64,000 nt of DNA, from contig CAWDSK010000005.1 in the NCBI GenBank assembly GCA_963804995.1, positions 192,001-256,000 on the forward strand, given 5' to 3'. The notes under the pieces are model-generated. The model searched no databases. It was not told the DNA's origin and worked only from the letters and a program-made list of their open reading frames with translations. Positions 1-10,033 of this stretch are shown piece after piece. The DNA comes from an uncultured Acidobacteriota bacterium. Lineage in GTDB: Bacteria > Acidobacteriota > Terriglobia > UBA7540. The position numbers were made by a program, and so were the translations under genes. Each line of letters opens with the position of its first letter. Within the stretch, counting starts at the first letter, position 1.

Positions 1-45
1 GCCACTGCCAATCACCACCACGTCGTACTTGGGAGCTTCTGCCAA
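1..45 (-). CDS. FAD-dependent oxidoreductase, N-terminal end only (runs off window; dihydrolipoamide dehydrogenase-like)
   Basis: Reverse strand reads GGAGG RBS, then TTG-AEAPKYDVVVIGSG, the start of a GxGxxG Rossmann fold. Confidence 0.6.
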   Translation of the reverse strand, partial: MAEAPKYDVVVIGSG

Positions 46-75
46 GACCACACCTCCAAGTGAAGTCTCACACCT

Positions 76-224
76 CTAGCTGGCTGATTGAAAAAGGCGT
101 AGAGGCGGCGGAGTTTATCCCGATCTTATTGGGACGCCGCCATCAGGCATTGAAAACGTAAGAGACATGGCGGGGTAAACCCGCCGCTACCTCCCCCCGA
201 ACGACTCTTCCACCAGCCTCCTAG
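76..224. mobile_element. CTAG-flanked MITE containing a GTAG-type REP pair
   Basis: Ends CTAGCTGGCTGATTGAA / TTCCACCAGCCTCCTAG are imperfect inverted repeats; internal GTAGAGGCGGCGG...CCCGCCGCTAC palindromes. Confidence 0.55.
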
Positions 225-602
225 GGTATTGGATGTTTGGAACCGCAAATAGTAATGTTACATTACGAGAAATAGCCGCACAAGCGCAGGAGGAAATCCG
301 CCGGCAAGGGCATGCTGTAGGGCGATGGCTTGCCGTTCACTCCACTTCGCTTGGCCACCGCATGACCGGGGTAGGGCAAGCCCTACCCCTACATCGCATC
401 GTAAAGCTGGACCGGAAGCGGAGTGTTCACGCTCGGAGATTCGCCCCGCACTTCCTGCACTGGGATCGTCTTCGTGCGTTGAGCGTTTGGCAGGAAGAAC
501 AAGTAACGTACATCGCGCGCGCGAACCAGTGCGTGATGAGGGCGCTAAAACCGAGAATACCGACCACCAAGGCAATCCCCAGCAGTGTTTGGCCCACGGT
601 AT

Positions 603-1268
603 TTACTTTCCCAGGGCAGCCCGCGCCGTGCGCACAACCTCCAGGTACTTGCGAGCGTTGGCGGAGATGACGTCCAGCTTGCCTTCGCGCAGGGCCTTGG
701 CATCCACAAGTTCACCGCCCACGGCGACCGCGGCTGCGCCTGCCTTGATGAATTCAGGAGCCGTCTCAAGATTCACGCCGCCGGTGGGCACAAATTCAAT
801 TTGCGGGAACGGTCCCTTGAGCGCCTTGATGTATTTGGGGCCGCCCACGGGTCCGCACGGGAAAATCTTCACAAGGTCCGCGCCCCCCTGCCAGGCGGTG
901 ACGATTTCCGTGGGCGTCAGGGCGCCGGGCATGCAAGGCTTGCTGTAGCGCTGCGCTACTTCAATGGTCTTCATATTGAGCGAAGGCGTGACGATGAACT
1001 CCGCTCCCGCCAGCAGCGCGGCACGGCAGGTTTCCGGATCGAGAATCGTTCCTGCCCCCAGCAACACCTTGTCGCCGAATTGATCGGCCACTTTCTCCAT
1101 CACCTGGATGGCGTGGGGAACGGTCATGGTAATTTCAAGGATGCCGATATTTCCCTCGATGATGGCTTCAGCCGCGCGTAGAGCGTCTTCCGGCGAAGAA
1201 GCGCGCACGATCGGCACCAGGCCGATTTCGCGAATCCGTGCGAGGGATTTTTCTTTTGACCAAGACAT
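603..1268 (-). CDS. eda: KDPG/KHG aldolase
   Basis: Motifs LLGAGT, AEFIVTP, PGALTPTE, VKIFP, PTGGV; start MSWSKEK follows AGGAG. Confidence 0.93.
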   Translation of the reverse strand: MSWSKEKSLARIREIGLVPIVRASSPEDALRAAEAIIEGNIGILEITMTVPHAIQVMEKVADQFGDKVLLGAGTILDPETCRAALLAGAEFIVTPSLNMKTIEVAQRYSKPCMPGALTPTEIVTAWQGGADLVKIFPCGPVGGPKYIKALKGPFPQIEFVPTGGVNLETAPEFIKAGAAAVAVGGELVDAKALREGKLDVISANARKYLEVVRTARAALGK

Positions 1269-1303
1269 GGAATTCTCCTTTGTTAGATTGCGGGTGACAA
1301 GGT

Positions 1304-1377
1304 CGAAACTCGAAAATCGAAATTCGAAACTCGCCACCTATAGATCAAATTTCGAGTTTCGAGTTTCGATTTTCGCC
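1304..1377. repeat. Inverted pair of heptamer tandem repeats (CGAAA(A/C/T)T)n / complement
   Basis: cgaaact-cgaaaat-cgaaatt-cgaaact ... tcgagtt-tcgagtt-tcgattt between kdgK and eda. Confidence 0.9.
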
Positions 1378-1388
1378 TTTTCCTTCCC

Positions 1389-2423
1389 CTACCGAGCGAC
1401 GCGAAGACTCGCGCCCTTGAGCAGGCCCTCAACTTCCGCAAGCGTGGCCCAGTTGAAATCGCTCGGCATTGAATGTTTCAGCGCGCTAAAGGCGTTACCG
1501 TAACGGACCGCGGCATCGTAGGAACCCTTCGCCAACCGTCCATAGATGAAACCGGCGCTGAAGGAGTCGCCGCCGCCCAGGCGGTCCACAATCTCCAGTT
1601 CGTACTTCACATCGTCGTAGAACTTGCCGTCCGCATAAGCGATGGCGGTCCAAGTGTTGCGCCAAACCAGCGGGTTCTCACGCAAAGTAATGGCCACGGC
1701 CTGGAAGTGGAATTTTTCCTGCAGCCGCTGCGCGACTTCTTTGTACGACTCGGCGGAGACTTGCTTGAACCCTTTCTCGTCCGTCTTTCCCTCCGCCTTG
1801 ATTTTGAAGACCACACTCGTATCCTCTTCCGTCGTGATCAGGACGTCGACGTGTTCCATCAGGGGTTCCTGCACCGCCTGGGCCTTTTCCGGAGACCATA
1901 ATTTTCCGCGGTAGTTCAGGTCGTAGCTGACGGTCAGGCCCGCGCGCTTCGCGGCTTTCAAGGCTTCGAGCGTCACCGCCGCCGCGGAATCACTCAGCGC
2001 CGGGGTGATACCACTGGTGTGAAACCAGCGCGCGCCCTCCATCGCTTTCTGCCAATTCACCTGGCCCGGTTGGATGGCGCTGATGGCGGAATTCCGGCGG
2101 TCGTAGAGCACCGAACTGGCGCGGGGCGCCGCGCCGAACTCTACGAAGTAGAGACCCATACGGGCCTCGGAGTCAGCAGCCCAAAGCAGGTGCGAGGTGT
2201 CGACGCCGGCTTGGCGCGCCCGGTTTTCTGTGAGGCGTCCCAGGGGATTCTTCGGCAAGCGCGAAATCCAGGCGCTCGTCAAGCCCAGGCGCGCCACCCC
2301 TACGGCCACGTTCAACTCTCCCCCGCCGACTTGCACGTCCAGGGAGGCGGCCTGCTCCAGCCGCTGGAAGTGAGGCGGAGATAGGCGCATCATGGCTTCA
2401 CCGAAAGTGATAACGTCAGGCAT
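1389..2423 (-). CDS. kdgK: 2-keto-3-deoxygluconate kinase (PfkB family)
   Basis: Motifs FGEAMMRL, GGGELNVA, SYDLNYR, DRLGGGDSF; adjacent to eda. Confidence 0.9.
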   Translation of the reverse strand: MPDVITFGEAMMRLSPPHFQRLEQAASLDVQVGGGELNVAVGVARLGLTSAWISRLPKNPLGRLTENRARQAGVDTSHLLWAADSEARMGLYFVEFGAAPRASSVLYDRRNSAISAIQPGQVNWQKAMEGARWFHTSGITPALSDSAAAVTLEALKAAKRAGLTVSYDLNYRGKLWSPEKAQAVQEPLMEHVDVLITTEEDTSVVFKIKAEGKTDEKGFKQVSAESYKEVAQRLQEKFHFQAVAITLRENPLVWRNTWTAIAYADGKFYDDVKYELEIVDRLGGGDSFSAGFIYGRLAKGSYDAAVRYGNAFSALKHSMPSDFNWATLAEVEGLLKGASLRVAR

Positions 2424-2759
2424 AGACACGAACCTTTCTGACCCAATTGGCAACCGCTCACTATAGGATGTTCCGGCGAAAATTGCAGCCCATTTTCGCT
2501 TCGGCCCGGCGGCGCCTTCATCAAAAAGTTGGGCGCTATTTGTGTGGCGAAATGAAATTCTGTGGCGCGGCCGCCGTTCTTGACATTGCACTTAGCTACA
2601 GCATACATTGGCTGTTTAGCGTTCTGAGACGGGTCTTTAGCGCGTATTTCTCCCCAGGCGTCTGGAAGGACGGGGCACGTGTCCCAACGCGTCGGGAGCC
2701 CCGTCGTTACCAGTGTAGTGGGTCTCAAATCGTGGTGCGTATGATGTTGTAGCGTTGAG

Positions 2760-2960
2760 CTTATGGTTTTTGAATTCCTAACATGTGGAATTCTCAAACT
2801 TCCACGAGACCCCTCACCCGTCCCGCCCCGGCTGGTGAGAACGCCGGCGGCGGTCCACCCTCTCCCCTCGGAGAGGGCTAGTAAATCCCAGCCTTCTCCC
2901 AGGGGAGAAGGTGGCCGACGTAGGAGGTCGGATGAGGGGTTACTTCCACGCACAGGTCGG
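2760..2960. mobile_element. MITE/REP composite (CTTATGGTTTTTGA end + CCCCTCACCCGTCCCGCCCCGGCTG palindromic core); right end lost
   Basis: Near-identical to 39178-39435; core also at ~26715, 31140, 32410, 43440, 46680. Confidence 0.8.
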
Positions 2961-3026
2961 CGCTACAAGCACCGATATCTGTGACGCACTAAACTAGGAT
3001 TTGCAGTCTAGGGAGCATGAACCCCC

Positions 3027-3887
3027 ATGGCGGATGAGCTGACACGGACCATCCTGGACAACATCGTCTCTTCGCGCCGGCGGGCGCTGGACGAAACCCG
3101 GTTGGCCATCCCCCTGGAGCGTTTGCAGGTTGCAGCCGAGGCACGCCAGGAACGGCGCGATTTTGCCGCTGCCATCGCCTCCGGCGCCGCGCCCGCGGGC
3201 TTGCGGGTGATTGCCGAACTCAAACGCGCTTCACCTTCGCGGGGACTCTTGCGGCAGCAATACCGCCGTCGTGAAATCGCCCTCGGGTACGCGGCGGCAG
3301 GAGCGGCGGCGCTTTCCGTGCTGACGGAGGAACAGTATTTTCTGGGCTCCCTCCAGGACTTAACCGAGGCGCGCCAGGCCGTGGAGCTTCCCGCTTTGCG
3401 CAAAGACTTTATCCTGGAGAGTTACCAGGTCTATGAGTCTGTCGCGGCGGGGGCGGACGCTCTCCTGCTGATTGTGGCCGTGTTACAGGACCGCGACCTG
3501 GGAAACCTGCTCGAACTCAGCAGGCAGTTACGGATCGACGCGCTGGTGGAAGTCCATACGGAACTCGATCTTGAGCGGGCGCTGGCCGCAGGCGCGCGGA
3601 TTATCGGGGTGAATAATCGCAATCTGAAGACCCTGGAAGTCAACCTGGACACCTCCTTTCAGTTGCGAGAGAAAATTCCGGCCGGGTGCATCACGATCAG
3701 TGAAAGTGGGATCAAGACTGCCGCAGACCTTAAGGCTCTCTCCAAGGTGGGCTTTGACGCGGTGCTGATCGGCGAGCGCCTGATGGGGGAGCCGGACCCG
3801 GGCCAGGCCCTGCACCGATTGCTGGCTGGGTTTGCAGGGGAGCCCGTCTTGCTCGAAAATCGAAATTCGAAACTCGAAACTCGCTGA
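3027..3887 (+). CDS. trpC: Indole-3-glycerol phosphate synthase
   Basis: Motifs IAELKRASPSRG, LSVLTE, LRKDF, GVNNRNL, SESGI; C-terminus extended by heptamer repeat (LENRNSKLETR). Confidence 0.96.
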   Translation: MADELTRTILDNIVSSRRRALDETRLAIPLERLQVAAEARQERRDFAAAIASGAAPAGLRVIAELKRASPSRGLLRQQYRRREIALGYAAAGAAALSVLTEEQYFLGSLQDLTEARQAVELPALRKDFILESYQVYESVAAGADALLLIVAVLQDRDLGNLLELSRQLRIDALVEVHTELDLERALAAGARIIGVNNRNLKTLEVNLDTSFQLREKIPAGCITISESGIKTAADLKALSKVGFDAVLIGERLMGEPDPGQALHRLLAGFAGEPVLLENRNSKLETR

Positions 3888-3952
3888 CCAGCCCGCCTTC
3901 GTAAGCCGGGGGCGAATTTCAAGTTTCGAATTTCGAGTTTCGAATCGAAGAG

Positions 3953-4597
3953 ATGCCGACACGCGTAAAGATTTGCGGGGTGACGCGCCTGGAAGACGCC
4001 GAGCTTGCCATCGAACTGGGAGCCGCGGCGCTGGGCTTTAATTTCTATCCGCCTTCGCCGCGGTATATCCCGCCGGCCTTCGCGCAGGAGATCATATTGA
4101 AGCTGCCGCCTCTGGTGGTGGCAGTAGGCGTCTTCGCGAACGAGATCAACGACAACCATGTGGCGGGCGTCGCGGAGGAAGCGGGCGTCACCGCAGTGCA
4201 GTTACACGGCCCGGATTTTCCGTCGCTCGACGGCGTTTTGACAAGTTTCAGGCTGATTCGAGCGGTGGCAGTCGGCGCTGGATTCCAAGCTGAGTCCTTG
4301 CGGGATTTGCGGGCCGACGCATTTCTGCTGGATGCCTTCGACACCAAACTTCTGGGTGGAACGGGTAAGCCCTTCGATTGGAACCTGGCTCGCGAGGCGA
4401 AGCAGTTCGGGACGATTATCCTGGCGGGTGGATTAAACCCCGAAAACGTGGCGCAAGCCATCCGGGAGGTGCGGCCCTTTGCGGTAGACGTGGCCAGCGG
4501 CGTGGAAGCCACACCCGGAGTCAAGGATGCGAACAAGCTGCGAGCCTTTTTCCGAGAGGTTGAGAGTGCGGATCGATCCTTCGAACATGCCAACTGA
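3953..4597 (+). CDS. trpF: Phosphoribosylanthranilate isomerase
   Basis: Motifs [32 protein letters not shown]. Confidence 0.96.
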   Translation: MPTRVKICGVTRLEDAELAIELGAAALGFNFYPPSPRYIPPAFAQEIILKLPPLVVAVGVFANEINDNHVAGVAEEAGVTAVQLHGPDFPSLDGVLTSFRLIRAVAVGAGFQAESLRDLRADAFLLDAFDTKLLGGTGKPFDWNLAREAKQFGTIILAGGLNPENVAQAIREVRPFAVDVASGVEATPGVKDANKLRAFFREVESADRSFEHAN

Positions 4598-5786
4598 ACC
4601 CCAAACCGGACCGGACGCGCGCGGGCGTTTTGGCGAATTCGGCGGCCGCTACGTGCCGGAAACGCTGATGCACCCTGTCGAAGAGCTCGAAGCGGCTTAC
4701 CACGCAGCACGCAGCGATCCCGCGTTTCAGGCGGAACTCGCGCATCTGCTCAAGAACTTTGCGGGCCGGCCGACGCCTCTCTTTCCTGCCCGGCGGCTGA
4801 CTGAACGCTTGGGCGGGGCTGAGATTTATCTGAAGCGCGAGGATCTGCTCCACACCGGCGCGCACAAAATCAACAACTGCCTCGGACAAGGACTGCTCGC
4901 GAAGCGCATGGGCAAAACGCGCTTGGTGGCGGAGACCGGCGCAGGGCAGCATGGCGTGGCGACGGCCACGGTGGCGGCGCTGCTGGGGCTCGAATGCGTG
5001 GTGTACATGGGCGAGGAAGACATGGCGCGCCAGGCGCCCAACGTCTTCCGCATGCGCCTGCTCGGCACGCAGGTGGTATCCGTCTCCTCGGGCTCGAAAA
5101 CCCTCAAGGACGCGATCAACGAGGGCATGCGCGACTGGGTGACGAACGTCCACAATACTCACTACCTGATGGGCTCGGTCCTGGGCCCGCATCCCTACCC
5201 CATGATGGTTCGCGATTTTCATAGGATTATCGGCCAGGAAGCGCGGCAACAGATTCTGGAACAGGCGGGAAGACTCCCCGATTTGCTTTGCGCGTGCGTG
5301 GGTGGGGGGAGTAACTCCATCGGGTTGTTTTACGATTTCATTCCTGACGCGAGCGTCCAGATGGTCGGCGTGGAAGCCGGCGGGCGAAGCCTTGACCTCG
5401 GTGAGCATGCGGCCCGCTTCGCTGGTGGCAAGCCCGGGGTGCTGCACGGCTCGTACACCTATGTCCTTCAGACGGAGGATGGCCTGATCTCAAATACGCA
5501 CTCGGTTTCCGCCGGGCTCGACTATCCCGCCGTAGGGCCGGAGCATGCCGCGCTGCATCGCCAGGGGCGCGTCAAGTACACCCATGTGAGCGACCAGGAA
5601 GCGCTGGAAGCGGCGCGCACGCTCTCGCACGTGGAGGGAATTATCCCTGCGCTGGAATCAGCCCACGCGGTCGCGGAGGTCATCAAGCGCGCGCCCGGGA
5701 TGTCTCGCGACAAGATCGTCGTGGTAAATCTTTCGGGCCGCGGCGACAAAGATTTGGGGATATTTCAATCGGCCGGAATTCTCTGA
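4587..5786 (+). CDS. trpB: Tryptophan synthase beta chain
   Basis: Motifs [38 protein letters not shown]. Confidence 0.98.
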   Translation: MPTEPQTGPDARGRFGEFGGRYVPETLMHPVEELEAAYHAARSDPAFQAELAHLLKNFAGRPTPLFPARRLTERLGGAEIYLKREDLLHTGAHKINNCLGQGLLAKRMGKTRLVAETGAGQHGVATATVAALLGLECVVYMGEEDMARQAPNVFRMRLLGTQVVSVSSGSKTLKDAINEGMRDWVTNVHNTHYLMGSVLGPHPYPMMVRDFHRIIGQEARQQILEQAGRLPDLLCACVGGGSNSIGLFYDFIPDASVQMVGVEAGGRSLDLGEHAARFAGGKPGVLHGSYTYVLQTEDGLISNTHSVSAGLDYPAVGPEHAALHRQGRVKYTHVSDQEALEAARTLSHVEGIIPALESAHAVAEVIKRAPGMSRDKIVVVNLSGRGDKDLGIFQSAGIL

Positions 5787-5913
5787 GGGGGGATTTTTGA
5801 AAGTGGATAGAGGGCTAATGTCCGCGCTAGGGGGCTATGGGGCGACAGGGGGGTGCACCGAGCTATCGGACAGAAGGTCCTAAACGGGAAATCATCAGTC
5901 AAAATGACCGAAG

Positions 5914-6732
5914 ATGCCTCACCAACCTACAACGCGCATTGCCGACCGGTTTCGCGACCTGCGATCCAAAAACGCCAAAGGACTAATTGTCTATTTAACC
6001 GCGGGCGATCCCACTTTGGACGCTACGGGGGAACTCCTGGTGGCGCTCGATCGGGCGGGAGCGGATGTGATCGAGCTGGGCGTGCCTTTTTCCGATCCTA
6101 TGGCCGATGGTCCGGTGATCCAACGCGCCTCGGAGCGGGCCCTCAGCTCCGGCACGACGCTGCGTAAAATCCTGGAGCGCTTCCCGAGTTGGCGCCAGGC
6201 GGTGCGCGCGCCGATGATCCTGTTCAGCTACTTCAATCCGATTCTTCAATACGGGCTGGAGAAATTTGCCATAACCGCTGCCGGGGTGGGAGTGGATGGC
6301 GTGCTGGTTGTCGACCTCAGCCCGGAGGAAGCCGGTGATTATGTCAACACCCTGCAGGGGCAGGGCCTCGACACGATTTTTCTTGCTTCCCCCACCTCTC
6401 CGGATGCACGTTTGGAGCGTGCGGCAAAGCTTTCTTCGGGCTTCTTCTATCTCGTTTCGCGCACCGGGGTGACGGGCGAGCGCAGCGAGATTGCCTCGAG
6501 CGTGCGCCCGCTGGTGGAGCGCGCGCGGCGGATCACCTCCTTGCCGCTAGCCGTGGGATTTGGAATCTCCAGCGCGGCGCAGGTTCGCCAGGTCCAGCAA
6601 GACGCCGACGCTGCGGTGGTGGGCAGCGCGGTGGTGCACGCCATTGAAGAACGCTATTCCCAGGCAGGAGCGGCGGCGATTGAAGAGTTCGTACGCGGGC
6701 TCAAAGCAGGGACGGAGGGGAAACCTGAATGA
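5914..6732 (+). CDS. trpA: Tryptophan synthase alpha chain
   Basis: Motifs ELGVPFSDPMADGPVIQ, SRTGVTG, VGFGIS. Confidence 0.97.
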   Translation: MPHQPTTRIADRFRDLRSKNAKGLIVYLTAGDPTLDATGELLVALDRAGADVIELGVPFSDPMADGPVIQRASERALSSGTTLRKILERFPSWRQAVRAPMILFSYFNPILQYGLEKFAITAAGVGVDGVLVVDLSPEEAGDYVNTLQGQGLDTIFLASPTSPDARLERAAKLSSGFFYLVSRTGVTGERSEIASSVRPLVERARRITSLPLAVGFGISSAAQVRQVQQDADAAVVGSAVVHAIEERYSQAGAAAIEEFVRGLKAGTEGKPE

Positions 6733-7022
6733 GCGATCTCGAAGGCTGGCGAAAGCGCATCGATGAAATCGACCAGCAACTGCTGAAACTTTTGAACGAG
6801 CGGTCCCAATGCGCCCTGGAGATCGGCCATCTCAAGAAGGGCCTCCATATGCCCGCCTGGCAACCGCAGCGCGAGGCTGAGATCCTGCACAATGTGGTGA
6901 GCGCGAATGGCGGCCCCCTGGATGACGCCGCCATCCGCCGCCTGTTTGAGCGCATTATTGATGAAGCGCGTTCGCTCGAGCGCCATTCGATGGACAACGA
7001 AGATTCCGCCGGGAAGGGGTGA
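6729..7022 (+). CDS. Chorismate mutase (AroQ type)
   Basis: RKRIDEIDQQLLKLLNER...RE motif; operon context. Confidence 0.9.
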   Translation: MSDLEGWRKRIDEIDQQLLKLLNERSQCALEIGHLKKGLHMPAWQPQREAEILHNVVSANGGPLDDAAIRRLFERIIDEARSLERHSMDNEDSAGKG

Positions 7023-7028
7023 TGCCAC

Positions 7029-8045
7029 ATGGTGGTCGTAATGCAGGAAGGTGCGACAGAGGATGAAATCCAGTTCGTCATCAATAAACTGATGAATATG
7101 GGATTTGATATCCACCGCTCCACGGGCGCACGCCACACGGTGCTGGGGGCGGTGGGCGCCAAAATTGATTTCGATATCCGCGACATCGAGGTGCTCGGTG
7201 GGGTCGAGGAAGTGGTGCGCATTTCGGCGCCCTATAAGCTTGCCAGCCGGCATTTCCGGCCGGAGGGTTCCCGCATCCCCCTGGGCCGGGACGTGGTCGT
7301 GGGGGGCGAAGAGGTGGTGGTCATGGCCGGCCCCTGCAGCGTGGAAAGCGCCGCGCAGATGGAGGCCATTGCCGCGTACGTCGCTGAACAAGGAGCGCGG
7401 GTACTGCGCGGCGGGGCCTTTAAGCCCCGCACCTCGCCGTATAGTTTCCAGGGGATGGGCCTGGAGGGATTGGAACTTCTGCGCCGCGCCGCTGACCAGC
7501 ACGGTCTCCTGGTGATTTCTGAGGTGATGGACCAAACCCAGATCCCCATGATGCTCGATTACGTGGACGTGCTCCAGGTGGGGGCGCGCAACATGCAGAA
7601 TTTCAATCTGCTCAAGGAACTCGGCAAGGTTGCAAGACCCGTTCTGCTGAAACGGGGAATCTCCGCCACCATCGAGGAATTATTGCTCTCCGCCGAATAC
7701 ATCATGGCGGGAGGGAACTACAACGTGGTGCTGTGCGAGCGCGGCATTCGCACCTTCGATAGCTATTTGCGCAACACCCTGGATATCGCCGCCATCCCGG
7801 TCATCCAGAAGCTCTCGCACCTGCCCATCGTCGTTGACCCCTCGCATGGGACGGGGCGGCGGGATAAAGTCGCTCCCATGGCGCGCGCCGCTCTGGCCGC
7901 CGGGGCCGACGGCCTGCTGATCGAAGTCCACAACAATCCTGACATGGCGCTGAGCGACGGCGCGCAATCGCTATATCCCGAACAGTTTGCGCAACTGATG
8001 AAGGAATTGCGGATGATCGCACCCGCCGTGGGAAGGAAGATATGA
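7029..8045 (+). CDS. aroF: DAHP synthase type I-beta with N-terminal regulatory domain
   Basis: Motifs [35 protein letters not shown]. Confidence 0.95.
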   Translation: MVVVMQEGATEDEIQFVINKLMNMGFDIHRSTGARHTVLGAVGAKIDFDIRDIEVLGGVEEVVRISAPYKLASRHFRPEGSRIPLGRDVVVGGEEVVVMAGPCSVESAAQMEAIAAYVAEQGARVLRGGAFKPRTSPYSFQGMGLEGLELLRRAADQHGLLVISEVMDQTQIPMMLDYVDVLQVGARNMQNFNLLKELGKVARPVLLKRGISATIEELLLSAEYIMAGGNYNVVLCERGIRTFDSYLRNTLDIAAIPVIQKLSHLPIVVDPSHGTGRRDKVAPMARAALAAGADGLLIEVHNNPDMALSDGAQSLYPEQFAQLMKELRMIAPAVGRKI

Positions 8046-8156
8046 GGGCGTGTAAAGGGGCCTGAAGGGTTATGAAGGGTTGGGTAGTGGTACAGTTTGA
8101 AGGTTGATAGGAAAGGTTTGGCATATTTATTGCTTGTGACTTTATTGGTGGTACTA

Positions 8157-8185
8157 TTGACTTGTAGTTAGCATGTCGGCATACT
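8157..8185 (+). promoter_or_regulatory. Sigma70-like promoter for the passenger genes
   Basis: TTGACT-17bp-CATACT ending 9 nt before ATG 8195. Confidence 0.55.
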
Positions 8186-8194
8186 GTCGCAGCT

Positions 8195-8491
8195 ATGGCT
8201 AAAAATCCACGTCTCGCAAAGTCGGTGTCCTCGCAGCTTCCAGCACCTATTAATCCGCGCGGCATCCAAAGTGTTTATTGTAATAACATGGAGATTCAAT
8301 TTTCTTCGATAGATGCCCGCATAACCTTCAATGAGATAATTGCTGACCATGGAATAATTACCGTTGAGAGGCGAGCCCACATTGTAATGCCTCTCCAGCA
8401 CGTAGGGCCGATGGTGCAAGCGCTAACTACTGCTATGGCCCAAGCGCAAGGTAAGATTAAAGAACAATCCAAACAAGCGGCAAAGAAGTGA
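8195..8491 (+). CDS. Hypothetical protein, DUF3467-like
   Basis: Pattern SVYCNN...DARITF...HIVMPLQH; stop overlaps next start (GTGA). Confidence 0.55.
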   Translation: MAKNPRLAKSVSSQLPAPINPRGIQSVYCNNMEIQFSSIDARITFNEIIADHGIITVERRAHIVMPLQHVGPMVQALTTAMAQAQGKIKEQSKQAAKK

Positions 8492-8874
8492 GCCGAAGAT
8501 CTCGCCCGCCCCTCATATTTAGTACGACCGACTGCTACGGCAACCTTGTCACACTATCCGAGGATACGTGGAATACCCACGTAACCATCGAACATCCCGA
8601 GATGGCAGGATTGGAGACGGTCGTGCAGCAAACGGTTGAAGAACCATTCGAAATTCGAGTGAGTGCTTTTAGCGATACTGGTGTGGCTTTTGTATCTACT
8701 CCTGGAGCCGGTTCTCATGCTGAAGGAATTAGAGTTCTAGTTAATTATGCCGATGTAGTGTATGAGAAGGGATCGACATCTGGGAAAATACAAACCGCTT
8801 ACCCTATTGATGTCATCAAATATGGTAGACCACAACTCGGTCGCGTGATCTACAGGAAGGGAGGTCGCAAGTGA
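8488..8874 (+). CDS. Hypothetical protein, putative RelE/DUF4258-like nuclease toxin
   Basis: VTLSEDTWNTHVTIEHPEM...IQTAYP; translationally coupled to a DUF2283-like gene. Confidence 0.5.
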   Translation: MSRRSRPPLIFSTTDCYGNLVTLSEDTWNTHVTIEHPEMAGLETVVQQTVEEPFEIRVSAFSDTGVAFVSTPGAGSHAEGIRVLVNYADVVYEKGSTSGKIQTAYPIDVIKYGRPQLGRVIYRKGGRK

Positions 8875-9113
8875 AAGCATCTTACGATAAAGACGCTGAC
8901 GTGCTGTACATCACTTTCGAGCAGCTCCCTGCTAAGCAATATATTTACGTGGAGAATGAGAACGGAGATATTTTACGATTGAATAAAAAGAGCAAGCGTG
9001 TCGTCGGTTGCACGATACCATTTTTCTCTAAGCGCGCGACCCAAAAAAAGTTGAGTATCCCTGAGATCGGGCATGTCCCATTCAATGAGCTGGCAAAAGC
9101 GCTGCTTCCTTAG
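8871..9113 (+). CDS. DUF2283-like protein (putative antitoxin)
   Basis: Signature MKASYDKDADVLYITF. Confidence 0.75.
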   Translation: MKASYDKDADVLYITFEQLPAKQYIYVENENGDILRLNKKSKRVVGCTIPFFSKRATQKKLSIPEIGHVPFNELAKALLP

Positions 9114-9390
9114 CTACAAATCGCTCTTAACATTTCCTCGATTGTCCACACGTGGTCTGTAATTCCTGATTCCATTGCAGGCGTAACCCGCAAGGTCTGG
9201 TGAACCCGGCAAAAGTTGTAATGCATGTAGTGAGTCGCTACCGCGTAGGCGTGGTTCTCAACTTTCTTTGAGAACCCGTTCGTCAGGCGCGTGAACCGAC
9301 GCATCCCCATTCGCATGGTGAGGGTTTGGCGCTCGACAAAGCTGTGGGGGATGTGGGCGGCATCGGGGTTGCCCATGTTTCGTCTGTCCG
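9110..9390 (-). pseudogene. IS1-family transposase, C-terminal fragment
   Basis: VERQTLTMRMGMRRFTRLTNGFSKKVENH...YNFCRVHQTLRVTPAM; N-terminal part absent. Confidence 0.85.
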
Positions 9391-9413
9391 GGCTTTCAAA
9401 ACGTGGGCGCACC

Positions 9414-9728
9414 TCACGGCTTGTTTGCAAGCGCTTTTTCCACTGCGACCGGGTTTCGATCAATCACCGTCAAGTAGGCACGTACGGCGCTTTCTGGCCG
9501 CCTGCGTCCTTGCTCCCATTCCTGGAGCGAGCGGGAGCTCACAGCGTAGCGCCGCGAGAATTCCGCTTGCGACAAGCCCAACTTGGACCGGATTGCCCTG
9601 ACGTCGACATCCTCAGGAACCTCAACGTAGCGCATGGGAAGGGCCGTCCGTCCCTCCACGTGGTCCACAACTTCTTTCATGGCGGCGATCAAACGCTTGC
9701 CCACTTTGGAGTGCTTGGTTTTGGTCAT
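9414..9728 (-). CDS. HigA-like XRE HTH antitoxin
   Basis: DVRAIRSKLGLSQAEFSRRYAVS...LQEWEQGRRRP. Confidence 0.85.
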   Translation of the reverse strand: MTKTKHSKVGKRLIAAMKEVVDHVEGRTALPMRYVEVPEDVDVRAIRSKLGLSQAEFSRRYAVSSRSLQEWEQGRRRPESAVRAYLTVIDRNPVAVEKALANKP

Positions 9729-9816
9729 TGCCCACCCCTCAAACGATTTACTAACTCCTTCAATTGATGCTTGTCCGTTTCTCATAGCCGCTGGTGTAGG
9801 CAATTGCGGCACTCAT
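9725..9816 (-). pseudogene. Internally deleted RelE/HigB-like toxin
   Basis: N-terminus MSAAIAYTSGYEKR fused out of frame to C-terminus ETDKHQLKELVNRLRGGQ*, whose stop overlaps the antitoxin ATG. Confidence 0.6.
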
Positions 9817-9822
9817 GCTCGG

Positions 9823-9851
9823 ATTATACGGCGTTGACGGACAACGGTCAA
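9823..9851 (-). promoter_or_regulatory. Sigma70 promoter with palindromic operator (TA autoregulation)
   Basis: TTGACC-17bp-TATAAT on minus strand; CGTTG-N5-CAACG in the spacer; ATG 6 nt after -10 (leaderless). Confidence 0.7.
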
Positions 9852-9888
9852 GCGCGAGGAGAGAAAGGGCGTCAGGGGCGGAGAGAAA

Positions 9889-10033
9889 GCGGGTAGCGCG
9901 AGGTAGCGTAGTTCAGCTTCCTCCGCGGCCCTTAACATGGCAACAACGTTTTCCGACATTCAAATACCAGTTAATGCCCGAGGGAAAAGCCGCAGACGAA
10001 GCTAAACGGCGGCTACGTCTGCGCTACCCCGCT
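9889..10033. repeat. Inverted REP pair (GGTAGCG...CGCTACC family)
   Basis: gcgggtagcgcgaggtagcgtag ... gctacgtctgcgctaccccgc; related to 52861-53030. Confidence 0.6.

Larger units (their letters stand above)
8083..9390 (-). mobile_element. Remnant IS1-family element: right terminal IR, passenger genes and transposase 3' fragment
   Basis: GGTAGTGGTACAGTTTGAA end at 8083-8101; transposase C-terminus at 9110-9390 pointing toward it. Confidence 0.6.

Noticed and set aside
2447..2752. Trp attenuator leader peptide
   Set aside because: No short ORF with tandem Trp codons and no U-tailed terminator.
2390..2984. ORFs spanning MITE/REP copies (also 39036-39417, 12818-13033, 13277-13806)
   Set aside because: They are translations of non-coding repeats.
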